Shown one piece after another: positions 18,194-26,768 of a stretch of DNA of 64,000 bases (position 1 is the first letter of the stretch; every line of letters begins with the position of its first letter). The DNA comes from Pelagomonas calceolata (Eukaryota), in contig CAKKNE010000003.1 in assembly GCA_918797485.1 (NCBI GenBank), positions 1,116,001 through 1,180,000 of the forward strand. The letters are read 5' to 3'. The position numbers and the translations under genes are program-made. The notes below the pieces were generated by a model. That model ran no database searches and was not told the origin of the DNA. It saw nothing but the letters and a program-made list of their open reading frames with translations.

Positions 18194-18823
18194 GGCCTAG
18201 GCGGATGGCTTTTGAAAAAATACCTCTCCGACTGACCCCGAATAGTGAAGTTCGGTCCGTCTACGCGTGTCGTCTCCGTCTACGCGGCGTCGTCCGCGGA
18301 GAACGGGCAAGTCGGTCGATCGTGAATAGAACAACGGCGTTATGTCGTTATGGTCCATCTGGGTGGAGTCGTCGCTGATACTCGTACTTCTAGGTATTGT
18401 GCTCGTTTTCGCATAAACGCGGGGGGCCCAGACTCGTCTGGCGACTCGGCGACGGCGGCGACGGCGGGGCGACCTCGGGCTCGCGGCGCGGCGACGGCGG
18501 CGACGCCGGGGCGACGGCGGCCTGGACATCCTCGCGGCGGCGGCGCGGTGGCGGCGGCGACGGCGACCGCGGCAGAGCGTCCTCGCGGCGCCGGCGCGGC
18601 GGCGTCGACGAGCTCGCACGCGACGGTCTCTGAACAGATCCGGTCCTGGCGGCAACCGCGCCCACTGCGTTGGGTCCGACGCCGAAGGGACCCGGTCTTC
18701 ACGACCTAACTGATTTTGCCACTGGTTGTGCTTACCGGTGGCCGCGGCCATGGCTCGTTGGAATAGGGTAGATAGCCCGTAGACAGCCGATTCCGGCTAA
18801 AGTCACTAAACTGGTTCACAAAA

Positions 18824-18863
18824 AACTTACGTTTTCGGAGCCTAACTTACGTTTTCGGAGCCT
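18824..18863 (+). repeat. Perfect 2 x 20-bp tandem repeat
   Basis: AACTTACGTTTTCGGAGCCT occurs twice in tandem. Confidence 0.9.
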
Positions 18864-19455
18864 AAAGCGCTTCGACGGTCGACCTCGGCCACGACACACC
18901 CGTCGGTCACGCGGACAGCGGCGGCTATGTCGGACAGCCGGTGGACACGTTTTCGACATGGTCGCGTCGACGGCGTCGTCGGCGAAGGGATCTGAGCGCG
19001 TCGCACCACGACTCATCCGCCCGAGTAAAACGTCTATCCGAACATACCGCTTCTCGGGCTGTCGGTGGAGGATGGTTGCTGAATCGGTTGCGGCAACCGA
19101 TTCCGACGGCGTCGTCGGCGAAGGGATAAAGTCCCGATGTACTTCCTCAAACGCTTGGCAGGGCGTCGGTAGGGACCCGTGGTGGCTGGGCGCGAGCGAG
19201 CGGCCGCCGTGGTACGCGTAAGCTACGGTGTCGAGTGCCCATATTTGAATCAAACAAGTCCAGGTCCTTGCTCGCAAAAAAAAACAAGCAGCAGGGTTCG
19301 ACGGCGGTCGGCAGCCCCCCGCGCGAGCCTCGTTAGGCCCCGATGGTGCCCATGGGCAGCGTTTTTGTCGCCGCTGGTCAATGTTTCCTGCAAGTGGCTG
19401 GGGCGGCCTAGTGCGAGTGGCTGCTAGGGGGTAGACCGCTGAGCAGCGCTTGCTT

Positions 19456-19479
19456 GCTAGTGTCTTACCGTTCGCTAGC
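19456..19479 (-). promoter_or_regulatory. Recurrent intergenic motif, reverse orientation
   Basis: GCTAGTGTCTTAC-CGTT-CGCTAGC. Confidence 0.5.
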
Positions 19480-20289
19480 AGCGATTTCCTAAACGCGCGG
19501 GAGCCCTGGAGGCGCTGGCGGGCCTAGCGCGCGGTTTTTTACCGGCTCGCTCCGCTAGACACACAGTCGAAAGAACCAAACTACTCAGAGCTCCCCAACC
19601 AGCACCGCCGGCGCGAGCCGGTGCATCTGCGAGTCGCCGGGCTGCTGGCGGAGGGCCGACAAGGATAAAACAAGGAGGGGCGAGACGCAGGCCCAGAAGT
19701 ACGCGCGCAAGGACCCGAACGCGGTGGATCCCACGAAGGGCCGCGACCCTTTACCTTCGGAACGGAGGCAGCCGGTCCGGGATGGGAGATGCGACCGGCG
19801 CGTCGGCCCGGACCGGGCCAAGACCGGCGCGAAGGGCGCGGTCCGCGCGTCGATCGGGGGAAGATGCTTCCAGAACCGCCACTCCGCCGTGGGCCGGCAG
19901 CTCTGGCTTTTGGATCGGTACGCCGAGGCGCACCCCGAGGCGTCTTCGGACTTGGAGCTCGTCCAGTCGCTCTGGATCCAGGAGGTGCCGAAGAAGTAGG
20001 TTGTCTAATCTGTGTCTCTACGTCGCGCCGCGTCCTCCGTGGGGGTCCGCGACGTGCCGAAAGGATTTTTCCCCTAGCGCTATGGCCCCTCTAGCCCGTC
20101 TGAGAGCCAACAACGCCGCGCCGCGAGAGCCGCACAAACGACACCAAATTGCGTGATCCGCATTCGGACGCCGCCCCAGCGTCGTCTGGTTACTGCCAAG
20201 CCACCGAGGCAACGCACACGCGATCAAGGGGCTGCTGTGCCAAGGCAGGCAGTGGGGGGCAGCACAAAAACTGCCCTTTGTGTAGCACA

Positions 20290-22135
20290 ATGGTGCAGCG
20301 GAGGCGGACCGAGCACGAGTTCCCGCCGCGCCCCTGCCCCGTGGACTTGTTAGAATCTCAGGCCTTCAGCAGAGCATGCGAGCACGCGCGGAAGGTGCTG
20401 CCGCCGGCCCCGAAGTTCCTGCCCGGCCTGCCGCCGCTCATGCCGCCGCCGGCCGTGCGGCTGCAGACGCAGGACGTCGCCGCGGGCCCGGCGCCGGCCC
20501 GCGTCCACGAGGGCGCGGCGCTGTCCGACGACGATGACGACGACGGCCTCCTGCCCGGCCAGGCGGCGCCAGGCGACGGGTTTGTGGTGGTCCACGACCC
20601 GTCGCTGACGGGCATGCCCCTCTACTGCTGCTGCATGGCGTTGCAACGGTTGCCGGCGAAGGACGCGCTGGCGCTGCGGGCGACGAGCCGCGCCTTCCGC
20701 GAGCGTATTACTTTTCTGTCCTTGGCGCTACGGCCGCCGCTCGGCGTTGTTGGTAGAAAGCGTGATGCCTTGAAAAAGGCGACGCGGACATTACCGACCG
20801 CCGCAGCCATCGCAAACCTAGAGCGGCGGCCCGGAGGGAAACAGGGCCCAGTGCCGCGGGCGCTCCGCGCTTTACTCAAACCCTTCGACACGACGAAGGG
20901 CGCGAGCTGGCACCGGCTTCGTAAAGCGGCCGATGCCTGCGCCAATAACTCGCGCACAATGTTGGATGTTATGCTTTGTGTAGATAGGGGCAACGTCGCC
21001 GCCCGGAACAACGACTTCGAGGCAGCTAGAAATGCTCTGGGCGAGGAGCTCGTCAACGAGAAGGGGCTCTCGACGAACAAGGCGTCTTTAACAAGCCTGT
21101 ACCGCATGGACCTGTGTGGAAATCAACCAGTGCGTCGGGTGCTCGTCGAGCGGTGAGGAACCGGCACCTCCACGCCATCGAGCAGGCGTCGCGTCGATGG
21201 CGTGGAGGACGACGCGATGATTCAGCACGAACGCGCCGTAAAATTTTGATTTTCACACAGGCATGGACAAGTCCTTTGCGGCCGCTGCGTGCCGGGTCTG
21301 GTGCGCGGCGGTGCTCGAGCTGCGGGACGCGATGGTCCGCGACCCGCACGTCTGCTCCCTCGCGCGGGACCGCGCGACGCTCTTCGCACTTGGCGGTCTC
21401 GCGAAACAGCCCATGACCGTCGTTCCGGCAACCATCGACGACCTCGCATCACAAGCCACGGCGCCGTCGCACGTCCTCGATTCAGAATCGCTGCTCTCGC
21501 AACCGTCCGTGCTGTCGTCGATGGCCGTCCGGGCTCCTTCTCCTTCGAGGTTCATCAAGCTGCCCGGGCCCGCGCGGACGCCGCCTCGCACGCCGGCGGA
21601 CGAATATAAGATGTTCGACGAGTTCGTGCGGGCGCCGTACGTTATGTACAAGCCGCCCGGGACGCCGGCTTCTCGCTTCGAACTCGCGCACCAGCCGCTC
21701 GACTCGCCCTGGGGCTCGGCGTTGGAAGAGGCCGGCTCAGTGGACTCGATCGAGTCGCAAGGGTCGTGGGTGGGCACGGCGTTCAAGCGGTGCACGACCG
21801 ACCGGCCGGCGACGCGCGAGCGCCTGAGCGCGTTGAGCCGCGGCGACACGCCCTACGACCCGCCGCTCTTCGACTCCCAGGATCAAAAAGATAGGCTGAC
21901 GCAACAGGCGAAGTTTGACCGGGGACGGGCCCTGGAGATGGCCTACACGCAGAAGCTGGCCTTCGCCGGCCGCGAGTCCCGCGGGTTGGGGTTCGACGTT
22001 CGCGCGACCGCGCGGGCGAGCCGCCGGCGGTCGCGGCGGACCCGCGAGGTCGATGCTCTGGAATTGCAGTTGTCTGGCGCGCCGGCACCGGCACCGGCAC
22101 CGGCACCGGCTGCCGCTAGGACTAAATATCGATGA
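20290..22135 (+). CDS. Hypothetical protein with F-box-like motif; exons 20290-21103 and 21261-22135
   Basis: GC-AG intron removal gives ...SLYR-MDKSFAAAACRVW in frame; LTGMPLYCCCMALQRLPAKDALALRATSRAFR resembles an F-box. Confidence 0.7.
21104..21268 (+). mobile_element. Introner copy 2: element 21112-21260 plus 8-bp TSD; intron 21104-21260 (157 nt, GC-AG)
   Basis: TSD GCATGGAC at 21104-21111 and 21261-21268; TIRs CTGTGTGGAAATCAA / TTGATTTTCACACAG; interior highly similar to copy 1 with an internal deletion. Confidence 0.92.
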
Positions 22136-22367
22136 TTTATAGTGTTGCCTCGAAAACCCGTTTTGCAAAAGCGGGTGCAGCCACTGCAACCGCGACAGCG
22201 CGGCGCCTGAGGCTGCTGAGCGTCAAATTCGGCATTTCTGTGGACGCCACGGGTGCTGCCGACAAGCCATCCATCGCTGGGCAGCAATGAGCGCCTGTAG
22301 GGCAAAAGCGCTGCCTGGCACTCTGTGCTCTCTGTAGCTTGTAGACGCTGTGCAGCGTGTTGCATCG

Positions 22368-23801
22368 ATGGCGTTCCACTTCGTGCTGGTAGGATTGCAA
22401 ATTGTTGCTGCACTGCAACCGCCGAACGCCGCCACGCGACGCTCGTCACGACTCACAGCACATAGACACTTCGTCGTCGCCGCATCAAACGCGTCGTCGG
22501 CCGTCGCGAACGGTCGGTTCTCCGTCAACAATCTTCTGCAGGGCCGCGTTGACGTGCTGTGCCGCTGCGCGACGTCGGCACTGTGGTACAGCAACTGGAT
22601 CCGTACGGACGCGTCGCTGCACTTATCCCTCAACGACACGACCGCGAGCGTCGCGGGAGCTGAGGTCCGAGGCCTGGCCCCCGATGAAAAGACCTTCGCA
22701 CTGCAGCTGCAAAGAGCGCTGGAGGACGACTGCAAGGCGGAGGCGGCGCAAGAGGGCTTCGAGCGGCGGGAGGCGCGGCGGCAACTCTTTGCGCAGAAGT
22801 CCCCGCGGAACCTCGCCCGCCGCGTCGCGCGCGCCGCCGCCAAGCGGCCGCCATTCCCGGCCGGCTTCGCGGTCCGGCGCGGCGAGTCGCTCCCGGAGCT
22901 CGTGCGACGCCTCTCTAACAACACGAATGTCGTCGTGCTCGACGAGGGCGGCGCGCCGTTCGAGCCGCCGAGCGGCGATGTGGTCGTTGTCGTCGCCGAC
23001 CAATTGGGCTGGGCGCCGGGCGCCCTGGAAGGCTTGGTCGCCGCGGGCGCGCGCACGTGCAGCCTCGGGGACCGGCCGCTCCTGGCGTCGCAGTGCCTCA
23101 CGCTCGTCAACCACCGCCTCGACGCTCGGGGTGAGGCCAAACGGCGGACGCGGCGCTTCAAGGCGCAGAAGCGGGCGGAACGGACCTTCTCCAGCGACGG
23201 CGACTTGCGCGCGCGGCTGCTCGCCAAGGGCGACCCCTGGGACGCGACGGACTTTAGTGGGGCGCACCGGGCCTTCAAGGCGAGCCACAACGACGTGCTG
23301 GCGCGGTTCGCGCGACGGTACGGCGCGGCGGCGTTTGCTCTCGACGGCGCCGACGCGGCGTCGACGCGCGCGCTGGCGGACGCCGGTGTCGACGTCTACG
23401 TCGCGAACCCGTTCCCCGCGACGGCGGCAGCTCTACGCCAACGCGGCGCGACCGTCGTCGAGGCGAGAGCGGAGGACTACATGCCGACGGCCGACGTACC
23501 CTTTGGCGCGATCTACCTGGACGGCTGTTCAGGCGCGCCGGAGCCCCTCGTTGAATGCGCTGCATATCTTGATAGTGGCGTCGAGCTGCCGCCGGCATTT
23601 GCGGTTGGGTTCACGCTGACGCTCGCCGAGCCCCAGGGCCGCGACATCGCCGACCGCGAACAAACTGTGGTGAGAGCATGGTCCGCGGCCGGCCACCGGC
23701 GGGGCTACGCGTGCCGACGACCTTTCGATGACGCGGAGCCCGACCCGCCGCCGCGCAGCAGCGACGGCGTCCTGACGACGTGGCTAGTGTTCGAAAGGTA
23801 A
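22368..23801 (+). CDS. TrmY-like (DUF358) SPOUT methyltransferase fused to a C-terminal Rossmann-like domain, with signal-like N-terminus
   Basis: GRVDVLCRCATSALWYSNWIRTD...GAEVRGLAPDEKT...VVLDEGG...ADQLG...SLGDRPLLASQCLTLVNHRLD follows the TrmY motif order. Confidence 0.72.
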   Translation: MAFHFVLVGLQIVAALQPPNAATRRSSRLTAHRHFVVAASNASSAVANGRFSVNNLLQGRVDVLCRCATSALWYSNWIRTDASLHLSLNDTTASVAGAEVRGLAPDEKTFALQLQRALEDDCKAEAAQEGFERREARRQLFAQKSPRNLARRVARAAAKRPPFPAGFAVRRGESLPELVRRLSNNTNVVVLDEGGAPFEPPSGDVVVVVADQLGWAPGALEGLVAAGARTCSLGDRPLLASQCLTLVNHRLDARGEAKRRTRRFKAQKRAERTFSSDGDLRARLLAKGDPWDATDFSGAHRAFKASHNDVLARFARRYGAAAFALDGADAASTRALADAGVDVYVANPFPATAAALRQRGATVVEARAEDYMPTADVPFGAIYLDGCSGAPEPLVECAAYLDSGVELPPAFAVGFTLTLAEPQGRDIADREQTVVRAWSAAGHRRGYACRRPFDDAEPDPPPRSSDGVLTTWLVFER

Positions 23802-23803
23802 GC

Positions 23804-24451
23804 TTATTGCCTGCACCCCGCCGAGGCTCTCGTGGGGGCCCCGGTCTTGGCGTTCTCCCCAGACAGCGTCGGGTTCTTGCAGATGTTGCGCAGCTCGAAG
23901 TCGCCGATGAACGCCTCGCTGAAGTCCGCGCCCTCCAAGTTCGCGTTCGTGAACGACGTGCCCGTGAGCACCGCGTTCGCGAAGATGGCGCCTCGTAAAT
24001 CACTTCCGTCGAACGACACGCGGTCGACGACGCCGTTGCTGAAGTCCGCGTTCGTGAACTTCGAGTCGCGCGCGTACGCTTTGCTCATGACCGTCTCCCG
24101 GAATGAAGCAGAGGTGAAGTCGGCCTCGGACATGATCGCGCCGGCGAGGTCGAAGCCGTCGGCGGACTTGCCGTTCATGGAGCACTGCCTAAAATCAGCT
24201 AAAGTGTCTCTCGCACCATTCGCCTGGCCCATGGCGCTCGACTTGAAGACGCAGCGCGTCGTGTCCTTGAAGTTTATCGGCGGCAGCTTGAACTTGTCCG
24301 TCTGGCCGTCGGCCAGGCAAGCGAGGGGCGCCGCGGTAATCGCGGCGCCGAGGCAGGCGGCGCCAGCTCTCCTCAGGAGTTTAGCCGGCGTCACGGGTGT
24401 TTGGCGCAGCGCGGCTGCGGTGGCCAAGAGGCAGCAGAGGGAGAGCCGCAT
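23804..24451 (-). CDS. Pentapeptide-repeat thylakoid lumen protein
   Basis: Signal peptide, lumen-transfer-like AGAACLGAAITAAPLACLA, ADFTS/ASFRE/ADFSN/SDLRG/AIFAN repeats, terminal Cys pairs. Confidence 0.88.
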   Translation of the reverse strand: MRLSLCCLLATAAALRQTPVTPAKLLRRAGAACLGAAITAAPLACLADGQTDKFKLPPINFKDTTRCVFKSSAMGQANGARDTLADFRQCSMNGKSADGFDLAGAIMSEADFTSASFRETVMSKAYARDSKFTNADFSNGVVDRVSFDGSDLRGAIFANAVLTGTSFTNANLEGADFSEAFIGDFELRNICKNPTLSGENAKTGAPTRASAGCRQ

Positions 24452-24780
24452 GGCTGATTGCAGTCTTTGTCACGCCTGGTCGCCCGGGGAACTGACTGAC
24501 GGCTCTTGGCTGTGCAAAATGACAACCCGGATACCTCTGCACGCGCGATGTCGCAGCGGGGGATGCCCTACGCTGGCTTGACGACTGAGGTTGCGAGTTA
24601 TGCGAACTGACATAGCGTAGATACACACTAGCCTTACGAGTTTTCTACGTCTTCGCGCGTGTCTCCCCCCCCAGGGGCTGTCCACTAGTCCGAGCACCAT
24701 AACAGAACCGAGGCCGTACCAGGGGGGATAGCTACAAGAGAAAGAGAGAACACAGCTATAGACCGGAGCGGGAAGGGCAC

Positions 24781-26352
24781 TCAGCTCGGCGGAAGCGCGT
24801 TTCCCGCGGCGCAGGGCGACGGCATCGGCGACCGCAGGTGCCGCGGCGCGTCGTCGGGCGTGACCTCGTTCGCACTGACCCCCGCGTCGATGGCTCTAGT
24901 TGCGAGCAACCGCACGACGTGGCCGTGGCCGTTCCGCCGCGCGATGTCTATTGGTGTGAGCCCGCGCCAGGTCGCATCGGCGGGCGCCCCAGCCCTCAAC
25001 AACGCCGCGACGGACGACGTCCGCCCGCGCGCCGCCGCCACGTGCAGCGGCGCCGCACCGTTTTGATCCACCGTTTGGGCGCCCCGCGGATCGACCCTCA
25101 ATAGAACCTGGAGCACGTCCGCGTGACCTAGTGCCGCCGCGACGGCCACAGAGGTCGCACCATAGGCGTTCGTCCGTCGCACGTCCGCGCCTCGAGCCGC
25201 CAGCGCCCGCGCGGCGTCGGCAGCATCATTATGCGCGGACATAATGAAGGGCGTCGACTGGTGCCCCGTCAAGTAAGGTGCATCTAAATCCGCGCCCCGA
25301 GCAGCAAGAGCATCCAAGCACCCGGCGTGGTTTTGTTGGGCAGCAATCAAAGCAGGAGTGCAGCCGTCGGGCGCCGCTCGCGCATTGGGATCCGCCCTCG
25401 CGCTCAACAAAGCGTTCAGAGCGGCGACGTGGCCGCCCTGGCACGCCGCGTGGCCGGCGGTCCAGCCCGTCGCGTCCGCGGCATTCGGGTTCGCTCCCGC
25501 CGTGAGTAGCGTTCGTACGGAAGCTACATGTCCGCGTTCGGCCGCGACGATCAATGGCGTACTGCGGCAGGGCCCGCCCGGCGCCGACGGGTCGGCTCTG
25601 CCTCTCTCAAGAAGTAGTTCGACGACGGGCACGTGGTTCGCCTGAGCAGCTAAATAGAGTGCTGTGGCGCCGTCAATCTGTCTAACTCTAGAAGCATCAG
25701 CACCGACGTCCAACAAAGCTCTGACAACCGCCGCGTCGCCGTGCCACGAGGCCACCATCAATGCCGACGTGCCGTCGGAGGCGCATTTATTAGGGTCGGC
25801 GCCGGCTTGGAGGAGTGCTCGTGCGACACGAGCTCGGCCGTTGAACGCCGCCGCGAGTAGAGGTGTCGCTGCCTTGCCTGGTAATGCTCTATCTATATCA
25901 CAACCGGCCTCCAAGAGTAAATCTAAAGCTTCGCCGTGGCCGGCGCCCGCGGCGGCGTAGGCCGGGGTCTGCCCATCGTTCCTCGCCTTGTCGACGTCGC
26001 AAGCGGCCGACACCAAAGCCTTTAAAGCGTCGGCATGTCCGAAGGAGGAGGCCGCAAACGCCGCCGACGTACCGTCGGGCGCCGTCGCGTCGATCTCCGC
26101 GCCGGCTTCTATCAATGCTGTAACGACGGCATCCACACCATGCGTCGCCGCGACGACCAACGCGGGCCGCCCTCGCGCGTCCTTGACGTTCACATCGATG
26201 CCCTCGATGGCTAATAACCGCGTCACGTGGACCATCCGGCTCGTCGCGCACTCCCGCAGCAACCGCTGCGACGCCTCGGGCGCCGTCAGGCTGATGGACA
26301 CGTAGCCCTCGGCGGGCGGCGCCGGGCGGTCGCCGCCGAAGGCGCGGTGCAT
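24781..26352 (-). CDS. Ankyrin repeat protein (about 13 repeats)
   Basis: Repeated G.TPL..AA..GH...V..LL.AGAD.N. Confidence 0.92.
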   Translation of the reverse strand: MHRAFGGDRPAPPAEGYVSISLTAPEASQRLLRECATSRMVHVTRLLAIEGIDVNVKDARGRPALVVAATHGVDAVVTALIEAGAEIDATAPDGTSAAFAASSFGHADALKALVSAACDVDKARNDGQTPAYAAAGAGHGEALDLLLEAGCDIDRALPGKAATPLLAAAFNGRARVARALLQAGADPNKCASDGTSALMVASWHGDAAVVRALLDVGADASRVRQIDGATALYLAAQANHVPVVELLLERGRADPSAPGGPCRSTPLIVAAERGHVASVRTLLTAGANPNAADATGWTAGHAACQGGHVAALNALLSARADPNARAAPDGCTPALIAAQQNHAGCLDALAARGADLDAPYLTGHQSTPFIMSAHNDAADAARALAARGADVRRTNAYGATSVAVAAALGHADVLQVLLRVDPRGAQTVDQNGAAPLHVAAARGRTSSVAALLRAGAPADATWRGLTPIDIARRNGHGHVVRLLATRAIDAGVSANEVTPDDAPRHLRSPMPSPCAAGNALPPS

Positions 26353-26768
26353 CGTGCCTTTGGCAGGGCTTCTTCGGTATCTTGGTTACTGCTTATGCGT
26401 AGGCTAGATCCACAGCATGGATGATTTGGCTGGGCTGCGGTTGGCTTTTGCAGATGTTTTTAGCCCCTCGCGGTCAATAGCATCGACGTTTAAGGCCTTT
26501 AATTCGGCCAAGGCAGAGCTCAATATTAGCTAGCTCAAGTGCCCACTAGTTTTGAGATTATCGGACCCCTTCGCGTCTCGTACAACGCCGAAGCCTCCGG
26601 CGGCACCCATACAACCAGCCGGAAGACGCCTCCCTAACGTGCGGGGCGAGCTGGAAACAGAGCACCAAACAGAGATCGCTGTTGCGCGCCTGTACAAGCA
26701 GACGCGAGCACCCGCCGCACGGGAGGGCAGCCTGAACCCATCCTAGGAGCCAGGGGCAGCCAAGAACC

